A stretch of 64,000 nt of DNA from Patescibacteria group bacterium (GTDB taxonomy: Bacteria > Patescibacteriota > Minisyncoccia > Moranbacterales > DUUL01), in NCBI GenBank assembly GCA_015493225.1, contig WGDO01000087.1, forward strand, positions 514 through 64,513, read 5' to 3'. Positions 37,930 to 48,423 of this stretch are shown here, one piece after another. The notes beneath the pieces were generated by a model. It had not been told where the DNA came from. It worked only from the letters and a program-made list of their open reading frames with translations, and searched no databases. The translations under genes were made by a program, and so were the position numbers. Position 1 is the stretch's first letter, and each line of letters begins with the position of its first letter.

Positions 37930-38712
37930 TTATCTATTCATACAACATCTAAATTTGTTATCACTACTACTGAGTTCACTCCCGATGTCACCATTATTAT
38001 CAATATAAAAATTGTTACTCGTATCAACCACATCAGCTGTCCATTCATTTTCTCCATTACCAATATCATCAGTTAAAGTTAGCCCATTCACACCCTTAGC
38101 CGCCAATAACTCTGCCGTCGTGCAAAGTCTTTTCCCAGCATCAGCACACAAATTAATGGCATTATTCCAATTAGAATCAGAATGCAAATTACCTTCTACA
38201 CAAAAATCTGCTACTCGCCTATAATCAGTAGGACAATTCGGCATTGCATAGGCCTCCAAAGACCGACCCACTTTTTCTTCTGCTAACTGACCATAAATTC
38301 CCGTCGCCCGCACGGCAATTATTTTATCAAGGGTTGTGTCGGGATTTATAATAATTTTACGATCTTGATTTGTATTTCCCAGCAAATAGATTTCACACCC
38401 TGATTTACCATCGTCAAAAAAACCACTCGGGCAAGAAATTTTTCCATCACCATCCATCGTTTGAGGAGCAAAAGCTTGAGCAATCGTTTGCACATTACCA
38501 CTGCTCACTGTGGCATCATTAATTTTCTTCAAAGCCCACTCAATGCCACTATTAGCACCTTGAAAAGCCGTTACTGATTTTTTACTCTTGGTAGTCATTT
38601 TTCTCTCCACCACCGAGATAGAAACCATTGCCACCGAAATAGACAACGCTCCCACCAAGGCCAGCAATGTCAAAATTAAAATCGAACCTTCTTGTTTTTT
38701 TTGTTTTTTCAT
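37930..38712 (-). CDS. PilX-like type IV pilus minor component (PilX_N-type N-terminus)
   Basis: N-terminus KQEGSILILTLLALVGALSISVAMVSI resembles the PilX N-terminal domain. Cys-rich extracellular domain. Confidence 0.45.
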   Translation of the reverse strand: MKKQKKQEGSILILTLLALVGALSISVAMVSISVVERKMTTKSKKSVTAFQGANSGIEWALKKINDATVSSGNVQTIAQAFAPQTMDGDGKISCPSGFFDDGKSGCEIYLLGNTNQDRKIIINPDTTLDKIIAVRATGIYGQLAEEKVGRSLEAYAMPNCPTDYRRVADFCVEGNLHSDSNWNNAINLCADAGKRLCTTAELLAAKGVNGLTLTDDIGNGENEWTADVVDTSNNFYIDNNGDIGSELSSSDNKFRCCMNR

Positions 38713-38764
38713 TTGTTTGTATTAATTGTTATCATTTTTTAAAAAAACTAAACCAATTCCAAAG

Positions 38765-38910
38765 GCTATTTCCTAGCTTCCCCCCTTTGTAAAGGGGGGA
38801 TTGAGGGGGGATTTTAAAGATTTTAAAACTAAAAAACTAAATCCACCCCTAACCCCTCCTTTATCCCACTACGCCTAAACGGCTACGCAGGACAAGCGCT
38901 AGAGGGGGAA
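38765..38910. repeat. Family B plus family A palindromic units
   Basis: cctagcttcccccctttgtaaaggggggattgaggggggatttt followed by aaatccacccctaacccctcctttatcccactacgcctaaacggctacgcaggacaagcgctagaggggg. Confidence 0.8.
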
Positions 38911-38912
38911 AA

Positions 38913-39578
38913 TTAGAACTCTACTCCACTTTCTCTAGTATAATCCAAAATAGAAACTCCTGTCTGAATATGAGCCTCGGCACTATCCGTTGGGTCTCCA
39001 GATTGTAATCCTTTCTTATAATAAATATCCACATTTATTCTCACAAAACCACGGTGAGGATCATCACTGGAAACATCAGTATTTAAAACATTAAAAGTAC
39101 CAGAAACATCAACCTTACTACTTCCTAATATATCAGTTGCCAAAGAAGAATTAATACCATCACAATCAACTATAGCATTATAAGGACCCGCATTTTGAAT
39201 AATATTACCCGCTCCAATCTGTAGAGCATAAGATTTCACTGTCATTTTTTTATTGCTTCCATTATCAACAAACTGATAACAATATTTAGTAACTGTCAAA
39301 TTATCTATAAAAAACAAAGATTGACCATCAGGAGACACAATAACATTAGAACTAGTCCTCACCTTTTTAGCCAAGTCATCAATGGCATAACGAGCATTAT
39401 CCATTGTTTCTTGCATCGCTTGAGACTTTGTACTAGCTTTAATGGCATTCACAGAAAACATCACCACTCCACCGATAATCAAAGTAAAAATAGCCATGGC
39501 CACTACTACTTCTATTAAGGTAAATCCACCCCTACCAAAATCTTTATCTTCTTTTTTAAAAATTGAAACCTTAGTCAT
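38913..39578 (-). CDS. Prepilin-type (class III signal) pilin/pseudopilin
   Basis: GFTLIEVVVAMAIFTLIIGG cleavage/methylation motif after a short basic leader. Confidence 0.75.
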   Translation of the reverse strand: MTKVSIFKKEDKDFGRGGFTLIEVVVAMAIFTLIIGGVVMFSVNAIKASTKSQAMQETMDNARYAIDDLAKKVRTSSNVIVSPDGQSLFFIDNLTVTKYCYQFVDNGSNKKMTVKSYALQIGAGNIIQNAGPYNAIVDCDGINSSLATDILGSSKVDVSGTFNVLNTDVSSDDPHRGFVRINVDIYYKKGLQSGDPTDSAEAHIQTGVSILDYTRESGVEF

Positions 39579-39644
39579 TTAAATTATTTATATTTTAAAA
39601 TTACGGATTATACGAAAAACCATTAATTCTAGATTGCCCCCTTT

Positions 39645-39730
39645 TTAAAGGGGGCGGAAGGCTGGACAAGTTATTTTTTTTACTTTCAGTAGAAAGTTAA
39701 AAAATAGCTTGTTCAGGCTTCGGGGGTTTT
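39645..39730. repeat. Family D long hairpin element (inverted relative to 11903-11998)
   Basis: gccccctttttaaagggggcggaaggctggacaagtt...actttcagtagaaagt...agcttgttcaggcttcgggggttttt. Confidence 0.8.
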
Positions 39731-39761
39731 AAAAATCAATAGTTTTGTGTATGCCCCAAAA

Positions 39762-40358
39762 CTACCTTTCCCAATCCGTCAAAACCAAGCCCGCTTTAAC
39801 ATTTCTTTCGCCTCCATTTAAAACATCACTTTTCCAACCTACTTCACAATCCACTTTTAAACTGTCCTTGTCAGAGTTATTATCGGTATCAATCATGATA
39901 GTATTACACCTCCTTGTATATTCCGGCCCGACACAATCACTCCCAGTACAATTTGTTTCATACCTATTCGCGGTTTTGTTATATCTAATTGTTGTATTAG
40001 AAGCATTACAAGAAAAGCTATATCCTGAATCCCAACTCAACATTGGATTGCAATCAATTAAGCTATCAATGTCATTAAATGTAGTTAAATTATCCACCTC
40101 AGAATAATCCGGATTATTCGAATCACTTGGTTTCCACACCGCCCAATCCATCTCATTTTTTTCTTTTTTATTCTTAATCATCTCAATTCCCTCCTGAACC
40201 AATTCCGAAGCAATAATTTCATGTCTTCCTTCCGCATCATATTTCATCGCCTTAGCAAACAAAGCATAAACACCCACAAAAACCGTCGCCGTAATAAACA
40301 TTGTAATTACCACCTCAATTAAAGTATAACCGTTTGCGCCTGTATTTTTATTGGACAT
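39762..40358 (-). CDS. Prepilin-type pilin/pseudopilin
   Basis: NGYTLIEVVITMFI class III signal. Overlaps the next pilin gene by 11 nt. Confidence 0.7.
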   Translation of the reverse strand: MSNKNTGANGYTLIEVVITMFITATVFVGVYALFAKAMKYDAEGRHEIIASELVQEGIEMIKNKKEKNEMDWAVWKPSDSNNPDYSEVDNLTTFNDIDSLIDCNPMLSWDSGYSFSCNASNTTIRYNKTANRYETNCTGSDCVGPEYTRRCNTIMIDTDNNSDKDSLKVDCEVGWKSDVLNGGERNVKAGLVLTDWER

Positions 40359-40935
40359 TAATTTTACCCTGCTTATTAAGTATTAGACTTTTAGAATAAC
40401 CGTCTCTTGGATTTCCATTTTCATCAGTCTGATTAATAGTAATTACCACTCCACCTCCAATCACTTCCCCATAAGGAGCTCTAAAAAATATCTTTACATC
40501 ATCAGTTCCCTCTTTTTTTACGCTAAATCCATCAAAATGTCTTGTTTCATACTCCTCACATGTCGTAGTACTGCCACAAACATCAGTCAACACTTTTAAG
40601 TTTCTGCAAGTTTCAACTTTTCCATCTGTTGGAGTAACCGTGTCAATTTCCAAATTATCATAACCAATACTATTGTCATTTCTCACCACAAATCCACAAA
40701 TATGAAGAATATCTCCCGCTCCATTGGTTTTAATCGGTGGAGCTAAAGCCAAAGTCTGGGCAGTTCTAATAGTTCCTTTCACTTCCGCCGTCGCCAAAGT
40801 CAAATTTTTATTAATATCTGAAAAACGCACCAATTTTAAAGTAGCCATACTCACTATCCCAATCATTCCCATCACCACCACCATCTCAATTAGAGTAAAA
40901 CCGGCTTTTTTTAATTTTTGCTTTTCTATAATCAT
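40348..40935 (-). CDS. Prepilin-type pilin/pseudopilin
   Basis: AGFTLIEMVVVMGMIGI class III signal. Confidence 0.7.
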   Translation of the reverse strand: MIIEKQKLKKAGFTLIEMVVVMGMIGIVSMATLKLVRFSDINKNLTLATAEVKGTIRTAQTLALAPPIKTNGAGDILHICGFVVRNDNSIGYDNLEIDTVTPTDGKVETCRNLKVLTDVCGSTTTCEEYETRHFDGFSVKKEGTDDVKIFFRAPYGEVIGGGVVITINQTDENGNPRDGYSKSLILNKQGKINVQ

Positions 40936-41086
40936 CCTTTGTGTAAATTTTAAATTTTAAGTTTTAAGTTTTAAATGAGTTTTAAATGACTAATTTTTAA
41001 TACCAAATACACAACCATAAATCTTACTAAAAATTCAAAATTAATCATTCATTTAGAATTTAAAATTTAAAACTTAAAACTTTCTA

Positions 41087-41908
41087 CTATCTCATCAACC
41101 ACACCCACCCGCTCCAAACTACCTCTCCCCACAACATCAAAATAAAACCAGCCAAAATTAAAAACGGACCAAAAGGAATTTTTGTTTTAGCAGTTACCTT
41201 CTTAGTAAGCAATAAATAAACTGCCGGAACTGCTCCTAAAATATACGCTAACATCAAAAATAAATAACTCATCTTCCAGCCCACTAAAAATCCCAATAAA
41301 AATCCCAGCTTTACATCTCCGCCACCAATCCACCGTCCCCGCGATACCATAAATAAAACATAAAAAAATCCTCCCACAGCTAAACCTCCCAAAAAATTCC
41401 TAGTCAAATCCGTATTTACCGACATTAAAAAATCCGGAGAAATCAAATACCGGTATCCAAAATAAATGACCGCCAAGACTAGCCCTCCTACCACCAGCCC
41501 ATCGGGAATAATCATATAACGCAAATCCCAAATTAAAATTACCAATAACACAAAACTAATTGCCAGGTAAAAAATCGTATCAATCAACTCCCTTTGATCC
41601 AACCAGCCAAAAATAAATCCCTTTTGCCAAGCCACTAAAACAAATACTATTCCAAACAGCAATTCCGTCGCCGGATATCGCCAGGAAATCTTCTTTCCAC
41701 AATTCCGACACTCTCCTCTTAAAAAAACATAACTCAACAAAGGAATATTATCATACCAAGCAATTTTTTTTCCGCAACTATCACATTTAGACCTCCCGTT
41801 CAAACTTTTCTTATTTTGTCCCCTCTCCATCACCACCTGCCCAAAACTACCAAAAATTAAACCTAAAATAAATACTGCTATAATTTTAAATAAAATTAAT
41901 CCTATCAT
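41087..41908 (-). CDS. pilD: Prepilin peptidase (A24 family)
   Basis: N-terminal Cys4 zinc motif (CDSCGKKI...CRNCGKKI), the DiS_P_DiS region, and multi-TM A24 peptidase core with the conserved GGGDVKL. Confidence 0.85.
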   Translation of the reverse strand: MIGLILFKIIAVFILGLIFGSFGQVVMERGQNKKSLNGRSKCDSCGKKIAWYDNIPLLSYVFLRGECRNCGKKISWRYPATELLFGIVFVLVAWQKGFIFGWLDQRELIDTIFYLAISFVLLVILIWDLRYMIIPDGLVVGGLVLAVIYFGYRYLISPDFLMSVNTDLTRNFLGGLAVGGFFYVLFMVSRGRWIGGGDVKLGFLLGFLVGWKMSYLFLMLAYILGAVPAVYLLLTKKVTAKTKIPFGPFLILAGFILMLWGEVVWSGWVWLMR

Positions 41909-41919
41909 AACAACAATTT

Positions 41920-42372
41920 TTATTTAATGATAGTATTAACACCACAGCCACCACTTACCTTACCACATTTTCCACTTGTAGAATTGCAACAAACAGTTTC
42001 CATGGTATGATCTGATGGTATTGCCGAATAATACCAAGTGGAAGTAGAGAAATTTATTCCGGTAGGATAACTAAAACCATCACCATCAATTTTTGGCCAC
42101 TTTCCGTAATTCCCATTAATGCTACAAATATCATTCCCTCCAGTAGCGCCAGGTGCATTTACCGTCCCATCATCCGATTTACACAAATAAATATTCTCCA
42201 TTATTCCAGACATTTCCGTCAAAACCTTATTCACAGTCGCCCTCTTTTTTTGCACACTCAAGGAAATCATAATTGCACTAGCTAAAATACCGATAATAGC
42301 CATTACTGTCATCAACTCAATTAAAGTAAATCCCTGATTTGTCTTAAATATACTTTTATTATTTTTTTTCAT
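41920..42372 (-). CDS. Type IV pilin (prepilin-type)
   Basis: QGFTLIELMTVMAIIGILAS class III signal. Cys-containing C-terminal globular part. Confidence 0.75.
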   Translation of the reverse strand: MKKNNKSIFKTNQGFTLIELMTVMAIIGILASAIMISLSVQKKRATVNKVLTEMSGIMENIYLCKSDDGTVNAPGATGGNDICSINGNYGKWPKIDGDGFSYPTGINFSTSTWYYSAIPSDHTMETVCCNSTSGKCGKVSGGCGVNTIIK

Positions 42373-42404
42373 TTTTATATTTTTTTTAAAAATAAATACT
42401 ATGT

Positions 42405-42806
42405 CTATGGGTTACTTTTGACACACCTACTATCTGAAATATTACAGGTGACAGTATCACTCCCACAAACAATAGTAAAAGGTCCTCCATTCTTTAATGT
42501 ATTTGAATTAAAAGATCCATAAGAACATTGTTTCGGTGGAGCTGGCCAAGTACCACTACCAGTACCACAAATTAAACCTCCTCCAGTAGTAGGAGTGGGG
42601 ACACCAAATGTTCCATTTTTCAAATAACAATCCGCCGCCTCTGCTAAAATATTATTACCTAATTTCAAAGCCGCCGTAACCCTAGCCCGTTGTCGACTAG
42701 CTTTCATTCCAATAGTTATCGTTCCTGCCAAAATACCAATAATCGCCATAACTAAAAGAAGCTCAATAAGCGTAAACCCACTTGTATTATTTTTTATAAA
42801 TTTCAT
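42405..42806 (-). CDS. Type IV pilin (prepilin-type)
   Basis: SGFTLIELLLVMAIIGILAG class III signal. Confidence 0.75.
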   Translation of the reverse strand: MKFIKNNTSGFTLIELLLVMAIIGILAGTITIGMKASRQRARVTAALKLGNNILAEAADCYLKNGTFGVPTPTTGGGLICGTGSGTWPAPPKQCSYGSFNSNTLKNGGPFTIVCGSDTVTCNISDSRCVKSNP

Positions 42807-42909
42807 TTTATTATAATAATATTTATATTAATTAAAAAGTATTATTTGAGTTTTTAGAATCTAACCATTATATTATTTCGAATTCTAAAAACCCATAAAT
42901 ACCTTGTAA

Positions 42910-43458
42910 TTATCCACCAGAACCTGAACCTGAACCAGAACCTGAACCTGAACCAGAACCTGAACCTGAACCTGAACTACTAGCTTTAACCTGTGGACAA
43001 CCATCATTACTAGTACCATTAGTTTGGTTGTTATCAAATTTACAACCATTGATATCACAATAAGCATGACATATAACAGCAGTTCCACTAACTGGACAAT
43101 CATATTTTATAACAAAATCATCCGCCGTAGACTCATCAACATCAAGTGCTTCTGACAAAACCCCACCACCACCACAACTTTTAATAGGTGGTACATTGCC
43201 TATACCATAATCACCACCGCCACTAGCCTGGCAAAGCGGACCCCCCGGAGCACTCTCCAAAATAGTACCACCATTATCAACACAATCTGTTGCTGCCGCT
43301 GTTATGTCTGACATCGTTTTTTTAAAAGCAGTTACTCTAGCCTTTTTACGAGCTGGACCAATCATAATAAAAACTATCCCAGCTAAAATTCCAATAATTG
43401 CCATAACCAAAAGGAGCTCAACTAATGTAAACCCCCTTTTATTTTTTATCAATTTCAT
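42910..43458 (-). CDS. Type IV pilin with C-terminal (Ser-Gly)n tail
   Basis: RGFTLVELLLVMAIIGILAG class III signal. The C-terminus SSSGSGSGSGSGSGSGSGSGSGG is encoded by a tandem hexanucleotide repeat. Confidence 0.75.
   Translation of the reverse strand: MKLIKNKRGFTLVELLLVMAIIGILAGIVFIMIGPARKKARVTAFKKTMSDITAAATDCVDNGGTILESAPGGPLCQASGGGDYGIGNVPPIKSCGGGGVLSEALDVDESTADDFVIKYDCPVSGTAVICHAYCDINGCKFDNNQTNGTSNDGCPQVKASSSGSGSGSGSGSGSGSGSGSGG
42918..42977. repeat. Tandem hexanucleotide repeat (gaacc[ta])x10 encoding (GS)n at the pilin C-terminus
   Basis: agaacctgaacctgaaccagaacctgaacctgaaccagaacctgaacctgaacctgaact. Confidence 0.85.
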
Positions 43459-43620
43459 ATTTTTTCCACCTCCATTCTATTTTTGTTTTTAATTTTTATA
43501 TTCTTCTTTAATCTAATTATACCACACTTCCTATTTAAAACCAGCTCAATCCCCTACTAACCTATTTATCTCCCGATTAGGGATAACAAATGTACAAAGG
43601 CAAAAATTAATGAGTAATTT

Positions 43621-43882
43621 GCAAATCTCAAGATACAAGTTACAAGATACAAACAATTTTCAATAACCAAATCCCAAACTTTTCAAACATTGGTTATTGG
43701 GATTTGTGATTTGTTTGTTTCTTGGTGTTTGTATCTTGGAAATTTATAAATTTGAATCCACCTCTAACCCCTCCTTTATCCCACTACGCCATCCCACTTC
43801 GCTAAAGCTACGAGGGACAAGAGGCTATGCGGGACAAGCGCCGGAGGGGAACTACTACCTACTACCTACTACCTACTACTTA
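43621..43882. repeat. Composite: family F long palindrome plus family A unit plus (ctactacc)n
   Basis: caagatacaagttacaagatacaaacaa...ttggttattgggatttgtgatttgtttgtttcttgg... then gaatccacctctaacccctcctttatcccactacgcc...ggacaagcgccggaggggaac, then ctactacctactacctactacctactact. The last supplies the stop of pilC. Confidence 0.8.
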
Positions 43883-45084
43883 ATACTCATCGCCACCTGA
43901 TAAATCGGCAACAAAATTGCTGAAACCAATATACCAACACCTATTGCCAAAACAACCATCAAAACTGGTTCAATAAGAGTAGAAAAATTCTTTACCATTC
44001 GATCCGATTCTTTCATATAAAATTCTGTCACCTTCCCCAAGGAAAAAGACATCCGTCCTGTGTGTTCACCCACTTCCACCATTTGAGTCATCACCGGCGG
44101 AATTTCCTCATAGCGATTTAAAACTTCTGATAAATTACCACCCTTTTTAATTTCCTCTGCAGCCGTCTTCACTATATATTTATAAACATTATTACCAATA
44201 ACATCCGCCGTAATAGATAAAGCCACTGTAATTGGTAAACCACTCTGCAATAAAGTACCTAAATTTTCTGAAAATCTAGCAATATAAACATTATGTAAAA
44301 TTTTACCAACAACTGGCAGTTTTAAAACCAACTGATCAAATTGATTTTTCCCATCTTCCGTTTTTAAATAATAAACAATACCAAAAATGCCCGCTCCTAC
44401 TCCAACAATAACCGCCCACCAATAATTTACCATAAAATTACTAGTCCAAATTAAAATTTTAGTTTGCAAGGGCAAATCCTCTCCAGCCTCTGTTAAGATG
44501 TCTAAAAGCTTAGGAATAACCGTTACCATCATTAAAGAACCAACTGCTATCATTGCCGTAATAATAAAAGCAGGATAATACATTGCTCCCTTTAAACTGG
44601 AAGATAATTCATAATTTCTCTCCATACTATCAGCCAATTTATTCAAAGATTCCTGCAAAGTTCCAGACGCTTCACCAGCTTTAACCATGCTAACATAAAA
44701 ATGGGAAAAAGTATCAGGATGTTTTGACATCGCTTCTGATAATGATGAACCACCATCAATATCAAACATTATAGATTTTAATTTCAAAGCAAAAAATTTA
44801 TTATCGATCTGATTAGAGATTGATTCCAAGGCAGCCAATAAAGGAACTTTTGAGTCTATTAGAGTAGCCAATTGTCGAGAAAAAATTACAAATTCTCTAG
44901 CACCAACACCTTCCCAAAGTTTAGAAACCATCATCGTCAAACTATTGGGTCTTAACTCTTTTAATTGAATATCAGAAATTCCTGAACCCAACAACAATCT
45001 TTCCGCTGCTCGCTGAGAAATAGTTTCCACTATCCCCTTTTGAACTTTACCTTCTCGATTAACGCCTTGATATTTAAAACGCAT
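43876..45084 (-). CDS. pilC: Type IV pilus inner-membrane platform protein (GspF/PilC family)
   Basis: Two GspF repeats and three TM helices. Length 402 aa. Confidence 0.85.
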   Translation of the reverse strand: MRFKYQGVNREGKVQKGIVETISQRAAERLLLGSGISDIQLKELRPNSLTMMVSKLWEGVGAREFVIFSRQLATLIDSKVPLLAALESISNQIDNKFFALKLKSIMFDIDGGSSLSEAMSKHPDTFSHFYVSMVKAGEASGTLQESLNKLADSMERNYELSSSLKGAMYYPAFIITAMIAVGSLMMVTVIPKLLDILTEAGEDLPLQTKILIWTSNFMVNYWWAVIVGVGAGIFGIVYYLKTEDGKNQFDQLVLKLPVVGKILHNVYIARFSENLGTLLQSGLPITVALSITADVIGNNVYKYIVKTAAEEIKKGGNLSEVLNRYEEIPPVMTQMVEVGEHTGRMSFSLGKVTEFYMKESDRMVKNFSTLIEPVLMVVLAIGVGILVSAILLPIYQVAMSIK

Positions 45085-45119
45085 TTTTTTATATTATTTT
45101 TTTATATTAGTTAAGTGTT

Positions 45120-45340
45120 TTAAATCCCCCTTCAATCCCCCCTTTACAAAATGGGGAAACTGTAAACACACCCCTTCTCAAAAAGAAGAAACTAAAAATG
45201 GATTTCCTTAGTTCCCCTCCGGCACTTGTCCCGCGTAGCCTTGGCGCAGTGGGATAAAGGAGGGGTTAGGGGTGGATTTCCTTAGTTCCCCTCCTTTGTA
45301 AAGAAGGGGTTAGGGGTGGATTTTAAAAAATAAATAATCC
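45120..45340. repeat. Family B and A palindromic units in reverse orientation
   Basis: aaatcccccttcaatcccccctttacaaaatggggaaa is the rc of the family B unit. ggatttccttagttcccctccggcacttgtcccgcgtagccttggcgcagtgggataaaggaggggttaggggtggattt is the rc of the long family A unit. Confidence 0.8.
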
Positions 45341-45341
45341 C

Positions 45342-46427
45342 CTACAACTGCTCAGACTCCAAAGACATTCTAAATGCATTAACATCCGTCGCATAGGTCT
45401 CTGCATCTTTTACATCAACTAGCCCCTGCTTAACCAATCTAGCCAATGACCTATTTATACTAATCATTCCCTCGTCCAAGGAAGTATCAATAACATTCCC
45501 AATTTGATGAGCCTGATTTTGTCTAATTAAATTTTCCACAGCAATATTCTTAATTAAAATCTCCACCGCCGGCACCCTACCGCCACCAATTTTTTTCAAC
45601 AATCTTTGAGAAACAATCCCCAACAAAACACTAGCAAGTTGAGCTCTAATTTGATTCTGTTGATGAGCCGGAAAAATATCCACAATTCTATCAATAGTTT
45701 GAATGGAATCATTAGTATGTAAAGTTGCTAAAATTAAATGCCCAGTTTCTGCCGCTGTAACTGCTGTTGAAATAGTATCCAAATCACGCATCTCCCCCAA
45801 CAAAATCACATCCACATCTTCTCTAAAGGCAGATTTCAATGCTCCGTGAAAACTAACCGCATCATCAAATATTTCCCTCTGATTCACTAAAGATTGTTTA
45901 GATTTATGTAAATATTCAATAGGATCTTCAATCGTTACAATATGATATCTTTTATTAGTATTCAAATAATCAACCAACGCCGCCAAAGTAGTACTCTTTC
46001 CATGCCCAGTCGGACCAGTAACCAATAATAATCCTTGAGTTTTTTCCATGAACTGGTAAAGATAATCTGGCATACCCAATTCCTGTAAAGGTCTAATTTT
46101 TTTAGGAATATATCGTAATGCCAAACTAATATTTTCCTTTTGATAATACATATTGGCTCGAAACCTATCTCCAGACTCAACAGTCAAAGAAAAGTCAACT
46201 GACCTTTCCTCTTTAAATTTTTTAATTTGCATCTCATTTAAAATCACCCCAGATAATGTTTCCATATCATCCTTTGTAACCATCATTTCTTTATCCAAAC
46301 GATATAAATCACCGTCTAATCTAATAATTGGATAATCTCCAACCGATAGATGTAAATCAGACGCTCCCTGTTGAATAACATAAGTTAAATATTTCTTTAA
46401 TTTTTCCTCTAATTGGCTTTCTCTCAT
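45342..46427 (-). CDS. pilT: Twitching-motility ATPase PilT
   Basis: Walker A GPTGHGKSTTLAA, Asp box, His box THTNDSIQTIDR. 361 aa without an N-terminal GSPII_E_N domain. Confidence 0.85.
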   Translation of the reverse strand: MRESQLEEKLKKYLTYVIQQGASDLHLSVGDYPIIRLDGDLYRLDKEMMVTKDDMETLSGVILNEMQIKKFKEERSVDFSLTVESGDRFRANMYYQKENISLALRYIPKKIRPLQELGMPDYLYQFMEKTQGLLLVTGPTGHGKSTTLAALVDYLNTNKRYHIVTIEDPIEYLHKSKQSLVNQREIFDDAVSFHGALKSAFREDVDVILLGEMRDLDTISTAVTAAETGHLILATLHTNDSIQTIDRIVDIFPAHQQNQIRAQLASVLLGIVSQRLLKKIGGGRVPAVEILIKNIAVENLIRQNQAHQIGNVIDTSLDEGMISINRSLARLVKQGLVDVKDAETYATDVNAFRMSLESEQL

Positions 46428-46446
46428 TTTTAAATAAAAAAATTAA

Positions 46447-48393
46447 TTAATTTGGATTATAATCTCTCTTGATAGGTTCATTACTATCTCCAGAACTATT
46501 ATCAGCACCATTTTTATCAATTTCACCATTAATATTTTGACCACCACCAATGCTATTTACAGAAGTATTTTCAGTTTGTTTTATTTTTTTAACAGGTTTA
46601 GTAGCCACTATTTCTTCCTCATCTCCATCCTCAGAAGTAACTCTTTGGATCTCTTCCAAAGTTGTTAATCCTTGTAAAGCTTTCATTAATCCATCTTCCT
46701 TCATAGTAATAAAACCATCTTTCCGAGCCTCATCTTCAAGCGCTTTACCTAAAACTTCTTTATCTATTAATTTACTAAAGGTATTAGTGACTTCTATTGT
46801 TTCAAAAATTCCGATTCTACCTTTCATACCAGTCCCTTGACATCTAGAACAACCTCTACCGTGATAAAAAGTCAAGTTACTATTTGGATCATTTAAATCT
46901 ATTTCAATTCCTCTTTCAGCCAATCTTTCTTTACTTACCTCCCTTAAATCTCTTTTAACGGTATCTTGAATTTCTTTTGGAATATCCGTCAAAGGCTCTT
47001 TACATTCCTGACAAATTCTTCTAACCAATCTCTGGGCCATTGCCAATTTCAAAGACGAAGCCAATAAAAACGGTTGTACCTCCATATCAATCAATCGAGG
47101 AATTGCTCCCGCTGCCGAATTAGTATGTAAAGTAGATAATACTAAATGTCCAGTCAAAGAAGCATGAATTGCTAATTCCGCCGTTTCTTCGTCACGAATT
47201 TCTCCAACCATTATAATATCTGGATCCTGTCGCAAGACACTTCGTAAACCATTAGCAAAAGTATACCCGATCTCCGGACGAACTTGACTTTGATTAACTC
47301 CATCCAAAACATATTCAATCGGATCTTCCAAGGTAATAATATTTACTTCTTCCCGATTAACCATCCTTAACATAGAATACAAAGTTGTAGATTTACCACT
47401 TCCCGTTGGCCCAGTTATTAAAATAATTCCATAGGGCTCTTTTATCATCCGTTCAATTACTTCTTTATCACGACCCTGAACTCCCAGTTTATCTAGAGTC
47501 AATAAACCAGACTGTGTATCCAAAATACGCATCACTATTTTTTCTCCATAGGCAGTTGGGAATGAAGAAACTCGAAAATCAATGGTTTTACCTAAATCAT
47601 TTATTCTAAAGCGACCATCCTGTGGCTTTCTTTTTTCGTCTATTTTTAAATTTGATAAAATTTTAATACGCGATACTAAAGCCGGTCCAACTTTTTTAGG
47701 CAAGGTTATTACTGTTTTTAAATCACCATCAATCCGATAACGAACCCTGATATTGTCTGCCATTGCTTCAATATGAATATCACTGGCCCCAGCATCAATA
47801 GCATTCTCCACAATCGACTCCGCCATTTTAGCAATGGGAGCATCTTTTAAAATATGTGCACTTTCTTTTCTTTCTCTTAACTTAAGTCCACTTGTATTTT
47901 CGTCTTCTTCCTCTTCTTTCTTTTTATAAACATCCAACGCATTACCGATCTCTAAAGATAATTTTTTTGTTTTTTTAATCAACAACTCAAAATCATCAAG
48001 ACCAATTGGATAAATTTCTAATCTTTTTTTGTTTTTACGAGCAAAAAATCGTAAAGCATTTTGAGTATTCAAATCAGTTTCATCAACGACAGCTACTTTA
48101 ATCACTTTATCATCCATTTCAAAAGGAATAAATCTAAATTTATTCAATGAATCCACTGAAACAATATCTAAAATATCTTTATTGATTTCTATCGCTTGCC
48201 AGTCTATAGTTTGACTTGAACTAGAAACCGCCTGTCGTTGACTATTCTCATCAGATTGAACAGACGCAGACTGCGTCGTATTACTAGTTTTTTCTTGATT
48301 ATCTCCAACCCCATTAATAAAACCATTAGCTACAATTTCATTCGAATCATTGGATTGATTAATGTTTGTATTGTTCTGTTGTCCATCCTCCAT
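46447..48393 (-). CDS. pilB: Type IV pilus assembly ATPase PilB/GspE
   Basis: GSPII_E_N-like N-domain, Walker A GPTGSGKSTTLYS, C-terminal tetracysteine (CQEC...CSRCQGTG). It also has low-complexity N- and C-terminal extensions. Confidence 0.85.
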   Translation of the reverse strand: MEDGQQNNTNINQSNDSNEIVANGFINGVGDNQEKTSNTTQSASVQSDENSQRQAVSSSSQTIDWQAIEINKDILDIVSVDSLNKFRFIPFEMDDKVIKVAVVDETDLNTQNALRFFARKNKKRLEIYPIGLDDFELLIKKTKKLSLEIGNALDVYKKKEEEEDENTSGLKLRERKESAHILKDAPIAKMAESIVENAIDAGASDIHIEAMADNIRVRYRIDGDLKTVITLPKKVGPALVSRIKILSNLKIDEKRKPQDGRFRINDLGKTIDFRVSSFPTAYGEKIVMRILDTQSGLLTLDKLGVQGRDKEVIERMIKEPYGIILITGPTGSGKSTTLYSMLRMVNREEVNIITLEDPIEYVLDGVNQSQVRPEIGYTFANGLRSVLRQDPDIIMVGEIRDEETAELAIHASLTGHLVLSTLHTNSAAGAIPRLIDMEVQPFLLASSLKLAMAQRLVRRICQECKEPLTDIPKEIQDTVKRDLREVSKERLAERGIEIDLNDPNSNLTFYHGRGCSRCQGTGMKGRIGIFETIEVTNTFSKLIDKEVLGKALEDEARKDGFITMKEDGLMKALQGLTTLEEIQRVTSEDGDEEEIVATKPVKKIKQTENTSVNSIGGGQNINGEIDKNGADNSSGDSNEPIKRDYNPN

Positions 48394-48423
48394 TAGAGTA
48401 AATTTTAATAATAAATACCAAAT

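Noticed and set aside
42885-43103. 72-aa ORF rich in VQVQVL repeats
   Set aside because: It is an out-of-frame reading of the (gaacct)n tract and 3' end of the pilin gene 42910-43458 on the same strand. It is an artefact of the tandem repeat.
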